The notes: a model not told the origin generated them from the sequence alone. A DNA stretch of 64,000 nucleotides from an uncultured Gemmatimonadaceae bacterium (GCA_963817955.1 CAWFQK010000004.1:1-64000), one strand, 5' to 3'. Counted from the stretch's first letter, positions 30,882-45,453 are shown. Program-made: numbers and translations.

Positions 30882-31182
30882 TCTCTGTGACCGCAGGCGG
30901 CGCAACAGCTGGTAATCGCAGAGGGCGCAGAGAACTGCAGAGCTGCAAGAGAACTGCAAGAGAACTGCGGAAGGAAGCTTCTGGAGGTGGAATGCGAGAG
31001 ACGATTCACCAGTCGGATGATCCCATCTGTCAGATGATCCCATCTGTCAGCTGCGCGACTCCGAGCGTCACGACGGAATCAGCCAAGACTCCCAGGCGAG
31101 ACAATCCTTCAAGGTCCTCTGCAGTTCTCTTGCAGTTCTCTGCGACCTCCGCGTTGAAAGACTGTTCCATCGGTCACAGAGA
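30882..31182. repeat. ~300-bp nested inverted-repeat element (REP/MITE-like)
   Basis: Outer IR TCTCTGTGACCG/CGGTCACAGAGA; inner IR ATCGCAGAGGGCGCAGAGAACTGCA vs TGCAGTTCTCTGCGACCTCCGCGTT; internal 17-bp tandem duplication at 31016-31049. Confidence 0.8.
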
Positions 31183-31206
31183 TCCTTCGCTGTGCTCAGA
31201 ATGACA
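31180..31206. repeat. REP-like unit AGATCCTTCGCTGTGCTCAGAATGACA
   Basis: 23/27 identical to the copy at 35591-35617. Confidence 0.75.
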
Positions 31207-31248
31207 GGCCTTCGCGTGTCCCGTGTCCCCCGTCCCGGCCAGTGACGG

Positions 31249-31287
31249 AACGAAAACGGCACACCGAGCCAGAAGCCCGGTGTGCCG
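31249..31287 (-). terminator. Rho-independent terminator of the tRNA gene
   Basis: Minus strand CGGCACACCG..CGGTGTGCCG followed by TTTTCGTT. Confidence 0.8.
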
Positions 31288-31323
31288 CAGAAACATTCGT
31301 CGAATATTGGTCACGCAGGCTAC

Positions 31324-31410
<87 letters not shown>

Positions 31411-31539
31411 AGACCGAAAAAGTTAGTCGGCACGTGTGCGGGCGTCAACGTATCGCGTGTTGCTGTGCGTAGATGCCCTGCCTAACTTGCGGCACCGCGC
31501 GAGGCCTACGGCCCGCGTCCGCTCCTTCTCGTGGTTCCG

Positions 31540-32022
31540 ATGGCCAAGCCCGCGAAGTCTTCCGAAAAAGCCGACGAGATCAAGTCCATCGCCCGAAACA
31601 AGCGGGCGCGGTACGACTACCACATCCTGGACACCTGGGAAGCGGGCCTCGTGCTCAAGGGCACGGAGGTCAAGTCGCTCCGTGACGGCCGCGCCAACAT
31701 CAGCGACGCCTACGGCATTGTGAAGGATGGGGAAGCCTACCTGCTGAACCTGCACATTTCGGCGTACGATCACGGGGGCTACTCCAACCATGAGCCCGAC
31801 CGTACCCGCAAGCTGTTGCTCCACCGCAAGGAAATCCGTCGTCTGATTGGAGCCGTCGAGCGGGAGGGACTCACCCTCATTCCGCTCGAGCTCTATTTCA
31901 AGAACGGAGTGGCGAAAGTGGCATTGGCCCTCGGCAAGGGGAAACAGCTACACGACAAGCGCGACACCGAGCGTGAGCGCGACGCCCAGCGCGAGATGGC
32001 GCGGGCGGTGCGGTCGCGATGA
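31540..32022 (+). CDS. smpB: SsrA-binding protein
   Basis: NKRARYDY, EAGLVLKGTEVKSLR, RKLLLH, GKQLHDKR. Confidence 0.97.
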   Translation: MAKPAKSSEKADEIKSIARNKRARYDYHILDTWEAGLVLKGTEVKSLRDGRANISDAYGIVKDGEAYLLNLHISAYDHGGYSNHEPDRTRKLLLHRKEIRRLIGAVEREGLTLIPLELYFKNGVAKVALALGKGKQLHDKRDTERERDAQREMARAVRSR

Positions 32023-33278
32023 TCGTCGGCCTGCTCGCCGCCGCCTTCCAGCTTGCTGCGGCAGCGCAGCCGCTCGTCGTGCGCGATGCGCGCGACGGCC
32101 AGCGCCGGGTGCGCGTGCCAGTCGTGGCATCAGCGAACGGACCGATGCTGCGTCTCGAAGGTCTCGCCGGTCTGCTCACCATTCGCGTACACCACGATTC
32201 GGGGGCAGCCTATACCGCGGATGTGAACGGTACGCGACTTCAGTTCGAAGCGGGCGTGCCGGTCGTGCGCGTCGGCGCAACCCCGAGGCCGCTCGCCGCG
32301 GCACCCATCGTTCAGAACGGGCATCTGTACGTTCCGCTCCAGCTCGTATCCGAGGTGTTTCCCGCGATCGTGCCGAATACGCGATGGGATGCCGACAGCG
32401 CGCAACTCGTCGTGATCGGCGCGATCGCCGCGACGTCGATGCGCGCGAGCGAAGGGGAGGTTCTCTCGCCAGCGCAGCATGCGTCTGGCAGCGCGACGAG
32501 TCTGGACAGCCGGTTGCCACCAGTCCCAGCCAAGCACAATCGCCGCACAATCATCGTCGATGCCGGCCACGGTGGCGTGGACAACGGCATGACCGGGCCG
32601 ATCGGCGGCGGTCCGCGGATCTACGAGAAGAACATCACGCTCGCCGTCGCCATGAAACTCGGTGGCCAGCTCCGCGACCGCGGAGTGGACGTGGTGTATA
32701 CCCGGACGACCGACACGCTCATCGCGCTCGATGATCGCGGCCGCATCGCCAACCGCGCCGGCGGCGATCTGTTCATCTCCGTCCACGTCAACGCGGCGAA
32801 TCCCAACTGGAAAGATCCTGGCGGCTCGCGCGGATTCGAGACCTACTTCCTCTCCGAGGCTCGAACGGAAGACGCGCGGCGCGTCGAACGGATGGAGAAT
32901 GAGTCGGTGCGCTTCGAGGACGGCCCAGCAAAGATGGGCAAGGACGATCCGCTGAGCTTCATCCTCAGCGACATGCGCCAGAACGAACATCTGCGCGAGT
33001 CGAGCGAGCTGGCCGACATCATTCAGCGGCGGCTGGGCCGCATGCATCCGGGGCCGAGCCGCGGGGTGAAGCAGGCCGGGTTTCGCGTGCTCGTGACCGC
33101 ATACATGCCGGCGGTGCTCGTCGAGATCGGCTTTGGCACGAATCCGCGCGAAGCCGCCTACCTCAGCGATCCCGATCAACAGGCCGCCCTCGCGTCGGCC
33201 ATCGCCGATGCAGCCATGGAGTATCTGCAACGATATGAGCGCCGCGTGACCGGCGCCGGTACGGGACCCGGGCGGTGA
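32019..33278 (+). CDS. N-acetylmuramoyl-L-alanine amidase (Amidase_3)
   Basis: IVDAGHGG, EKNITL, FISVHVNA, GFETY, PAVLVEIGF. Confidence 0.92.
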   Translation: MIVGLLAAAFQLAAAAQPLVVRDARDGQRRVRVPVVASANGPMLRLEGLAGLLTIRVHHDSGAAYTADVNGTRLQFEAGVPVVRVGATPRPLAAAPIVQNGHLYVPLQLVSEVFPAIVPNTRWDADSAQLVVIGAIAATSMRASEGEVLSPAQHASGSATSLDSRLPPVPAKHNRRTIIVDAGHGGVDNGMTGPIGGGPRIYEKNITLAVAMKLGGQLRDRGVDVVYTRTTDTLIALDDRGRIANRAGGDLFISVHVNAANPNWKDPGGSRGFETYFLSEARTEDARRVERMENESVRFEDGPAKMGKDDPLSFILSDMRQNEHLRESSELADIIQRRLGRMHPGPSRGVKQAGFRVLVTAYMPAVLVEIGFGTNPREAAYLSDPDQQAALASAIADAAMEYLQRYERRVTGAGTGPGR

Positions 33279-34225
33279 CCACGTCCGTCCGCCTCAGAAC
33301 GGTCGTTGGTAAGCTGGTATTCAATAATCCTATCGTTCTCGCCGCAGGCACCGCCGGCTACGGCGAGGAACTGTCCGACGTCATGCGACTCGATGCCGTC
33401 GGTGGCTTCGTGACGAAGGCGGTGTCCCTGACGGCGCGCGCGGGCGCGCCGGCGCCGCGCGTCGCCGAGTTCGAGGGCGGCATGATCAACGCGGTTGGCC
33501 TGGCCAACCCCGGGCTCGATGCCGTGCGCCGCACTCAGCTCCCGTGGCTCGCGTCGCATCTGCCGGAGACGCGAAAGATCATCAACGTCGTGGGTTTCAC
33601 GGTCGACGAGTATGCCGCCGTCGTCGCCGGTCTCGAGGAGAGCCTGCGCGGCTCTCCGGGCGCGGCCGACGGCTTCGAGCTCAACGTCAGTTGCCCCAAC
33701 GTGAAGGCGGGCGGCATGGAATTCGGTGCCGATCCAGTGGCGCTCCGCGCCGTGATAGAGTCTGCGCGGCGAGAAACCACACGCCCGATCTTCGTGAAGC
33801 TATCGCCGGCGCTCGCCCGGATCGGTGACGCCGCCCGCATTGCGGCGGACGCCGGGGCCGATGCGATCAGCGTGGTGAATACGGTACCTGGGCTGGTGAT
33901 TGATGTCGAGCGGCGACGGCCCGCGCTGGGGTTTGGCACCGGTGGCGTCAGCGGCCCGGCCATTCTGCCGGTCGGCGTACTCGCCACTTGGAAGGTGCGG
34001 CACGCCGTGACGCTGCCGATCCTGGGGCTGGGCGGCGTGGCGCGCGGCACAGACGCGGTGCAATACATCATGGCTGGCGCATCGCTGGTTGGCGTAGGGA
34101 CCGCTGCGCTACGCGATCCGAAAGCTCCCGAACGCATCGTGCGCGAGCTCGATGGTTGGTGTCGCGCGCACGGCGTGGAGAACGTGCAAGACCTCAGCGG
34201 AACCTTGGAGTGGCCGAGCGTATGA
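33275..34225 (+). CDS. pyrD: Dihydroorotate dehydrogenase (class 1B catalytic subunit)
   Basis: NAVGLANPG, ELNVSCPN, VKLSP, GGVSG. Confidence 0.93.
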   Translation: MTTSVRLRTVVGKLVFNNPIVLAAGTAGYGEELSDVMRLDAVGGFVTKAVSLTARAGAPAPRVAEFEGGMINAVGLANPGLDAVRRTQLPWLASHLPETRKIINVVGFTVDEYAAVVAGLEESLRGSPGAADGFELNVSCPNVKAGGMEFGADPVALRAVIESARRETTRPIFVKLSPALARIGDAARIAADAGADAISVVNTVPGLVIDVERRRPALGFGTGGVSGPAILPVGVLATWKVRHAVTLPILGLGGVARGTDAVQYIMAGASLVGVGTAALRDPKAPERIVRELDGWCRAHGVENVQDLSGTLEWPSV

Positions 34226-34929
34226 GCACGATTCCGATCATTGCGCTGGACGTTTCGACCGCCGCGGACGCGCTCGCATTGGTGAAGTCTTTCGGCCCGC
34301 GTTGCCGATTCTACAAAGTTGGGAATGAGCTGTTCACGTCGGCCGGCCCGGGGGTGGTCCGGGAGCTACGCTCGCGCGGCTGTGACGTCTTTCTCGATCT
34401 CAAGTTCCACGACATTCCAAATACCGTCGCGGGCGGAGTCCGGAATGCAGCCGCGCTTGGCGCCCGCCTCGTCACGGTGCACGCCTCCGGCGGACGAGCG
34501 ATGCTCGAGGCGGCGGCGCGTGCGGCTGGCGATAGTTGTGGCGTGCTCGCCGTGACGGTGTTGACGTCGCTCACTCCTGGCGTTGTGGCGGAGGCATGGG
34601 GCAGGCCTGGCGGCATTGACCTGTCGGTGGAGGTGCTGCGATTGGCGGAGCTCGCCGCGTCCTGTGGCGTGCATGGCATTGTATGCAGCGGGCAGGAGGC
34701 GCCATCCGTGCGCGACAGGTTCGGCGGGGCGTTGGCTGTGCTCGTGCCCGGCGTCCGCGCAGCGGGCGGCCCGGCGCAAGATCAGGCGAGGGTCGTGACG
34801 CCCGCTCAGGCCGCCGAAGGGGGTGCGCGGTACGTGGTGGTGGGCCGGATGGTGACCGCTGCGCCGGACCGTTTGGCTGCGCTGGATGCGCTCGTGGCGG
34901 AACTCGGCGGGACGAGCAGGGGCCAATAA
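34222..34929 (+). CDS. pyrF: Orotidine-5'-phosphate decarboxylase
   Basis: [28 protein letters not shown]. Confidence 0.95.
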   Translation: MSTIPIIALDVSTAADALALVKSFGPRCRFYKVGNELFTSAGPGVVRELRSRGCDVFLDLKFHDIPNTVAGGVRNAAALGARLVTVHASGGRAMLEAAARAAGDSCGVLAVTVLTSLTPGVVAEAWGRPGGIDLSVEVLRLAELAASCGVHGIVCSGQEAPSVRDRFGGALAVLVPGVRAAGGPAQDQARVVTPAQAAEGGARYVVVGRMVTAAPDRLAALDALVAELGGTSRGQ

Positions 34930-34947
34930 CAAGTCCAACCCGGCCCC

Positions 34948-34976
34948 TTGCTTGAACTTACTGCCCAGTTTACTGT
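34948..34976 (+). promoter_or_regulatory. Putative sigma70 promoter of the alpha operon
   Basis: TTGCTT-17 nt-TACTGT about 47 nt upstream of rpmJ. Confidence 0.55.
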
Positions 34977-35023
34977 TCGGGTCTGGTCGTGAAATCTCTC
35001 GTCCTGAACTGTCCGGAGCGCCT

Positions 35024-35140
35024 GTGAAAGTTCGCACAAGCGTAAAGCCGATCTGTGAGCACTGCAAAGTTGTGAAACGCAACGGCGTGACTCGCATCAT
35101 CTGCAAGCGCAACCCCAAGCATAAGCAGCGTCAGGGCTAA
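35024..35140 (+). CDS. rpmJ: 50S ribosomal protein L36 (Zn-binding form)
   Basis: [38 protein letters not shown]. Confidence 0.97.
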   Translation: MKVRTSVKPICEHCKVVKRNGVTRIICKRNPKHKQRQG

Positions 35141-35142
35141 CT

Positions 35143-35520
35143 ATGGCTCGTATTGCTGGCGTCGATCTCCCGCGTGACAAGAAGGTTGAGATCGGACTGA
35201 CTTACATTTATGGCATTGGCCGTCATGCGGCGTCGGAAATCGTGCAGAAGGCCGGCATCGATGCGACGCTGCGCATTCGGGATCTCTCGGATGCCGACGT
35301 CAACAAAATCCGCGGTATCATCGAGCGCGACCACAAGGTCGAAGGCGCGTTGCGTACCGAGGTGGCGATGAACATCAAGCGATTGATGGACATCGGCTCG
35401 TATCGCGGGATCCGCCATCGTCGCGGCCTGCCGGTGCGGGGACAGCGGACGCACACGAACGCGCGCACGAAGAAGGGTCCGCGTCGGGCGATCGCCGGCA
35501 AGAAGAAGGTGACGAAGTAG
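35143..35520 (+). CDS. rpsM: 30S ribosomal protein S13
   Basis: [27 protein letters not shown]. Confidence 0.98.
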   Translation: MARIAGVDLPRDKKVEIGLTYIYGIGRHAASEIVQKAGIDATLRIRDLSDADVNKIRGIIERDHKVEGALRTEVAMNIKRLMDIGSYRGIRHRRGLPVRGQRTHTNARTKKGPRRAIAGKKKVTK

Positions 35521-35535
35521 CGTTCCGCGTTCTTC

Positions 35536-35617
35536 GTCATCCAACGGGGCGAGCCCCCAAAGGATCTCTACATCACGCGTGGCGAACGGCAGGTCCGTCG
35601 CTTCGCTCAGAATGACA
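35536..35617. repeat. REP-like inverted doublet between rpsM and rpsK
   Basis: GTCATCC..AGGATCT left arm; AGGTCCGTCGCTTCGCTCAGAATGACA right arm. Confidence 0.65.
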
Positions 35618-35627
35618 CCAACGGATT

Positions 35628-36005
35628 ATGGCGACTGGGAAGAAGGCAAAGCGCGTCGTGGAAGCGGAGGGCGTAGCGCACGTCAGCGCGACGTTCAACA
35701 ACACGACGATCACGATCACGGACACGCACGGTAATGCTGTGTCCTGGGGCTCCTCCGGCAAGGCGGGGTTCAAGGGATCCAAGAAGAGCACGCCGTTTGC
35801 CGCGACCGTCGCGGCCGAGCAGTGTGCACGCGAGGCGCTGAGCGCCGGTGTGAAGCGTGTGCACGTGCGCGTGCAAGGTCCGGGGTCGGGGCGTGAGTCG
35901 GCGATTCAGGCGCTGGCGACAGCGGGATTGCAGGTCAAGTCTATCAAGGACGTGACGCCGATTCCGCATAACGGTTGCCGTCCTCCCAAGCGTCGGAGAG
36001 TCTAA
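35628..36005 (+). CDS. rpsK: 30S ribosomal protein S11
   Basis: [37 protein letters not shown]. Confidence 0.98.
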   Translation: MATGKKAKRVVEAEGVAHVSATFNNTTITITDTHGNAVSWGSSGKAGFKGSKKSTPFAATVAAEQCAREALSAGVKRVHVRVQGPGSGRESAIQALATAGLQVKSIKDVTPIPHNGCRPPKRRRV

Positions 36006-36007
36006 GT

Positions 36008-36643
36008 ATGGGTCGGTATACAGGGCCGAGCTGCAGGCAGTGTCGGCGCGAGGGGACGAAGCTCTTTCTCAAGGGCACCAAGTGCTTCACCGAGAAGTGC
36101 CCGGTTGAGCGTCGGCCATACGCCCCGGGACAGCACGGGCAGAACACGGCGCGTCGGCGCAAATCGTCGGAGTACTCCAAGCAGCTGCGCGAGAAGCAGA
36201 AGATCAAGCGCATCTACGGTGTCAGCGAGCAGCAGTTCCGGAACACGTTCGAGAAGGTGTCGAGCCTGCCGGGCATCACAGGTCACAACCTGCTGGCTGC
36301 GCTCGAGAGTCGACTCGACAACATGATCTACCGCATGGGTTTCGCTGCGAGCCGGAAGGCCGCGCGCCAGCTCATCCGTCACCGTCATATCGAGGTGAAC
36401 GGCAAGAGGGTGGACATTCCGAGTTATATGGTCGCGCCGGGTGAGGAAGTGCGCATTCGCCAACAGTCGCGCGAAGTGCAACCAGTGCTCGCCGCAATGG
36501 AACAGTCGTCGCGCGGCGGGTCACTCTCCTGGCTTGCAGTGGACCGCAACACATTCAGCGGCCGAATGCTGGAACGGCCAAGCCGTCCGAACATTCCGAT
36601 CGCGGCGCAGGAACAGCTGGTCGTCGAGCTTTATTCGAAGTAA
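36008..36643 (+). CDS. rpsD: 30S ribosomal protein S4 (Cys-containing N-terminus)
   Basis: MGRYTGPSCRQCRREG, PGQHG, LESRLDN, VELYSK. Confidence 0.98.
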   Translation: MGRYTGPSCRQCRREGTKLFLKGTKCFTEKCPVERRPYAPGQHGQNTARRRKSSEYSKQLREKQKIKRIYGVSEQQFRNTFEKVSSLPGITGHNLLAALESRLDNMIYRMGFAASRKAARQLIRHRHIEVNGKRVDIPSYMVAPGEEVRIRQQSREVQPVLAAMEQSSRGGSLSWLAVDRNTFSGRMLERPSRPNIPIAAQEQLVVELYSK

Positions 36644-36648
36644 GCAAC

Positions 36649-36820
36649 AACTCCTCGCGAGAGGAGAGTTCGCCGACAAGCCGAGAAGGCTTGTCGGCGT
36701 TCAAATGAAAGGTTCCGACCGGTGCTGTCGCACTGGATCGGTACCGGTCGGAGCCCTCATCTCCGTTCGAGCTTGCCGCGCATGAGGGGCGGGGCAAGGC
36801 GATGCCGGGGCGAATCCCGG
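36649..36820 (+). ncRNA. Candidate structured cis-regulatory RNA in the rpsD-rpoA spacer
   Basis: Five consecutive hairpins including a GCGA-tetraloop stem and a perfect 12-bp stem; no family recognised. Confidence 0.4.
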
Positions 36821-36845
36821 TAGGACCGCACCGAGAACAACACCA

Positions 36846-37920
36846 ATGGCAAACACGATTGATCTGCGCGGACTTGTCCGCCCGCAGCTGGTCGAAGCGA
36901 CCAAGCGCGAAGACAACCCGAATATCGCCGAATTCCGACTGCAGCCGCTCGAGCGCGGCTTCGGTCATACGCTCGGCAACTCAATGCGACGCATGTTGCT
37001 GTCGTCCCTCCGGGGCGCGGCGGTGTGGGGCTTCCGCATCGACGGTGTCGTCCACGAACACCAGACCATTTCTGGTGTCGTCGAAGACGTCCATCAGATC
37101 ATCGGCAACCTGAAGACGCTGACGCTCACGCTCCCCGAAGACGTGGAGGACGTGGTGCTGCACATCTCCAAGTCGGCGGCCGGTGCAGTGACCGCGGCCG
37201 ACATCAGCTCGTCGGGCGGCGTGCGCATCATTAATCCCACCCACCACTTGTTCACGCTCCAGGACGACCGCGACCTCAACGTCGATCTGTACGTCAACAA
37301 GGGTCGTGGGTACATCGAATCCGACCAGCATCCGCTCGATCGCGGCCTGCCGGTGGATCTCGTGCGCATCGACTCGATCTATAATCCCGTTCGTCGCGCA
37401 AACTTCACCGTTGCCGAGACGCGCGTCGGCCAGCGTACCGACTACGATCGCCTCGTGCTCACAGTCGAGACGAACGGCACGATCTCGCCAGAAGAAGCGG
37501 TGAGCTATGCGGCCGCGCTCGCGCAGACGCATTTCCAGTATTTCGTCGACTTCGGTTCGCACTCGTCGGCGCCCATCGGGCAGTCGAGCGAGAACGGTGC
37601 TGGCGATGGCGTTCGGCTCGGCGGTCTGCTCCAGCACGCCAATCGACGATCTCGAACTCTCCGTTCGCTCGGTCAACTCGCTCAAGAACTCCAACATTCG
37701 GAGTCTGGGCGATCTGGTGCGGCAGACCGAAAGCCAGATCCTGCAGGTCAAGAATTTCGGCAAGAAGTCGCTCCAGGAGATCGCTGATCTGCTCGAGCGT
37801 GAAGGGTTGAATTTTGGTATGCGCTTCGAGGAAGGCGGAGACGGTGGTGTGCGCGTGCTCGATTGGGGCACGCCGCCGAGCCGGGCCGCCGCCGCAGCGC
37901 CCGACGACATGGAGGAGTAA
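36846..37920 (+). CDS. rpoA: RNA polymerase alpha subunit (frameshift near 37635)
   Basis: PLERGFGHTLGNSMRR, RVGQRTDYD; CTD LELSVRSVNSLK, NFGKKSL in next frame. Confidence 0.97.
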
Positions 37921-37925
37921 AGGCA

Positions 37926-38284
37926 ATGCGGCATCAGTAAAGCAGGGCGGCAGCTTCGCCGCACATCGGAACAGAAGATCGCCCTGATGCGGAATCTCGC
38001 GATCGTCGCTCATCGAGCACGGGGCGATCGAGACCACCGAAGCCAAGGCGAAGGAACTGCGTCCGTTCGTCGAGAAGTTGATCACCAAGGCGCGCTCGGG
38101 CACGTTACACGATCGTCGTCAGGCCGTTCGTCACGTGCACAAGCGCGAGACGGCTGACAAGCTGTTTCAGGAGCTCGGGCCGAGGTTCGCCACGCGTCCG
38201 GGCGGTTACACGCGCATCCTCAAGACCGGCCACCGCAAGGGTGACGGCGCAGAGATGGCGCGCATCGAGCTGGTCGAGGGCTGA
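37926..38284 (+). CDS. rplQ: 50S ribosomal protein L17 (frameshifted)
   Basis: MRH.., IETTEAKAKELR..EKLIT, RPGGYTRILK, RKGDGAEMA. Confidence 0.95.
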
Positions 38285-38287
38285 GCC

Positions 38288-38506
38288 ATGGCTATCCAGA
38301 GAAACATCTGCTATTCCTGCAAGAAGGGCATCGCGTTCGGCAACAACGTGTCGCACGCCAACAACGAACGCGCCGCACGTGGAAGCCGAATCTTCAGGTC
38401 ATGCGCACCCTGATCAAGGGCAAGGTCGACGAAGGTGAAGGTCTGTACTCGTTGCATGAATGCTGGCAAAGTGAAGCGGGCGCCGCGCGGGCAGGCGGTG
38501 GCGTGA
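38288..38506 (+). CDS. rpmB: 50S ribosomal protein L28 (Cys-containing, frameshifted)
   Basis: CYSCKKGIAFGNNVSHANN, WKPNLQ, VCTRC. Confidence 0.92.
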
Positions 38507-38536
38507 TCCCGCCGTCGCAGCGCCGCGCCTGAAGTG

Positions 38537-38564
38537 AAGGGGGAGCTTTCGGGCTCCCTTTTTT
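38537..38564 (+). terminator. Rho-independent terminator
   Basis: GGGAGCT-TTCG-GGCTCCC followed by T6. Confidence 0.9.
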
Positions 38565-38587
38565 CTTGTCCTCGGCTTTCCTACTAA

Positions 38588-39570
<983 letters not shown>

Positions 39571-39574
<4 letters not shown>

Positions 39575-40517
39575 CTCGGTTTCTTCTGACGGGCGGCGGC
39601 GGATTCGTCGGGCAATGGTTGGCGCGCGCGCTGCTCGCGCGCGGCGATGACGTGACGTTGACGGGGATCGGCTCGCTCGACGATGGCCCGCGTCTCCTGT
39701 CGGACGTGGAACGCCGCGCCGTACGCTGGCTGGCGGCCGACATGCGGTCGCAGGTGGAACAAGGAGCGGCGCTCGACATTGCGATGCCAGCCGTCGTCGT
39801 CCACTTGGCCGGAGTCGCGTTTCCGCCGCAGGGTGACCGCGATCCGGCCCTGACGTACGACATCAACACCTTGGGGGTCGTGCGCTTGCTCAGCGCGCTC
39901 AATGAGCGGCGGGCGGCGGGAACGCTCGATCCCGTGGTGGTTGTGATTGGGAGTTGCATCCAGTATGGGCGCCACGAACCGACCGAGATGCCGCTGACCG
40001 AGGCGGCAGTGCAGCGTCCGATCACCGTGTATGCGTGCGAGCAAGGCGGCGCAGGAGATTGCGGCGCTACAGATCGCTCGCGCGACGGGCCTCCGCGTCA
40101 TCTGCACGCGCAGCTTCAATCACTCGGGTGTCGGGCACAGTGGGGAATATCTGCTGCCGTCACTCGTCCGCCGCGTCGTCGCGATGCGCCGTGGTGCGTC
40201 TGGCACGCTGGCGCTCGGCAACGACGTGGTGCGCGACTATCTGCACGTGAGCGATGTCGCGGACGCGTACATCGCTCTGGCCGAGCGCGGGCGAGCCGGC
40301 GAAGTGTATAACGTGGCGAGCGGCAACGGGCTCAGCGTGCGTCAACTTGCTGCCGATATCTTGCTTCACGCGGGCGTCACCGCTGACATTTCCACAGACC
40401 CGTCGCTCGTTCGCGCGACGGACATTCCCGTGCTCGTCGGCTCCCCGGCGAAGTTGATGCACGACACGGGGTGGAAGCCCTCGAGGACTCCTTCCGACAT
40501 CATCGACGACCTGCTTC

Positions 40518-40535
<18 letters not shown>
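39571..40535 (+). CDS. rmd: NAD-dependent reductase, GDP-4-keto-6-deoxy-D-mannose reductase-like (frameshifted)
   Basis: TGGGGFVG, HLAG, RSFNHSG, VRDYLHVSDV; coupled to gmd. Confidence 0.7.
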
Positions 40536-43785
<3,250 letters not shown>

Positions 43786-43789
<4 letters not shown>

Positions 43790-44366
43790 GCGACGGCGTT
43801 TTCGTACACGCGTCCGCGTACGTGGACGAGGGCGCGCAGATCGGCACGGGCACGAAGATCTGGCATTTCTGCCACGTCATGTCCGGGGCCGTGATCGGCG
43901 AGCGGTGCGAGCCTCGGGCAGAACGTCGTCGTGATGAACGGCACGCGCATCGGCGAACAACGTGAAGATCCAGAACAACGTGTCGATCTACGAGGGCGTG
44001 GAGCTGGAGGACGATGTGTTCTGCGGGCCGTCGATGGTGTTCACGAACGTGATCAACCCGCGAAGCCACGTCTCGCGCAAGACGAGTACAGGCGCACGCT
44101 GGTCCAGCGCGGCGCCTCGATCGGCGCCAACGCGACGATCGTCTGCGGCGTGACGCTCGGCGCGTATGCCTTTGTCGGCGCGGGCGCGGTGGTCACGAAG
44201 GACGTGCCGCCGTACGCGCTCGTGGCCGGCGTGCCGGCACGGCGCATCGGCTGGATGTGCCAGTGCGGTGAGCGGTTGAACGACGTCGGCGTCGAGCACC
44301 TGCCGCGCTTGCGGCACGTCGTACGTGCGGCAGGGCGACGGCATCGCGCCACTCGCGCCCACCTGA
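43786..44366 (+). CDS. wbpD: UDP-2-acetamido-3-amino-2,3-dideoxy-glucuronate N-acetyltransferase-like (frameshifted)
   Basis: [40 protein letters not shown]. Confidence 0.88.
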
Positions 44367-44388
44367 CTCCACGAGCCCACGGCGACTC

Positions 44389-45453
44389 ATGAGCGGACAG
44401 ACATTTCGCGTCGCGACTGGTCGGCTGCGGTCGCATCAGCAAGAACCACTTCGATGCGATCGCGGAAGGTTGATGGTCTCGACATTGGCAGCGGTGTGCG
44501 ACACCGACGCCGATCGAGCGCGCCGCGCCGGCGAGCGAACACGGCGTGCCGCATGGTTCCGTACGATCGACGACATGGTCAAGGCGAGCGCGAAGGACGT
44601 GCCCATCGACCTCGTGACGATCTGCACACCCTCGGGGATTCACGCGGCGCAAGGCGTCGGCCGCGGCGCGCGCCGGTAAGCACGTCGTGACGGAAAAGCC
44701 GATGGCGATCTCGCTCGACGCAGGCGGATGACCTGGTGAAGGCGTGCGACGATGCGGGCGTGCACCTGTTCGTCGTCAAGCAGAACCGCCTCAACCCGCC
44801 GGTGCAGCTCCTCAAGCGCGCGGTGGACAGGGGCCGATTCGGCCGGATCTACATGGCCAACGTGACGGTGCGCTGGCAGCGGCCGCAGGAGTACTACGAT
44901 GCCGGCACCATGGCGCGGCACGTGGGAGTTCGACGGCGGCGCGATGATGAATCAAGCATCGCACTACGTGGACCTGGTGCAATGGCTGGTGGGTCCCGTG
45001 GAGAGCGTCATGGCGCAGACGGCGACGCAGGCACGACGGATCGAAGCGGAGGATTCCGGGGTCGCCATCCTCAAGTTCCGTTCGGGCGCCCTCGGCGTGA
45101 TCGAGGTCAACGTGCTCACGTACCCAAAGAACCTCGAGGGCTCGATCACGATCCTCGGCGAGAAGGGGAGCGTGAAGATCGGTGGGACGGCGGTCAACAA
45201 GGTGGAGCACTGGAGCTTCGCCGACTACGACGATGACGACAAGCTCGTGGAGGCATCGAACACGAATCCGCCGACCGTCTATGGCTTTGGGCACGAGGGA
45301 TATTACCGAAACGTGCTCGCCGTGTTGCGGGGGGCAGCGAAGCCGGAGACGGATGGACGCGCGGGCCGGAAGTCGCTCGAGCTGATCCTCGGGATGTACG
45401 AATCGGCCAAATCGGGCCGCGAGGTGCCGATTCCGCTGCGTCATGTCGTCTGA
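44389..45453 (+). CDS. wbpB: Gfo/Idh/MocA oxidoreductase, UDP-GlcNAcA 3-dehydrogenase-like (frameshifted)
   Basis: [50 protein letters not shown]. Confidence 0.88.

Noticed and set aside
31411..31540. tmRNA next to smpB
   Set aside because: The gap is too short and no GGGG..TCCACCA tRNA-like ends are visible
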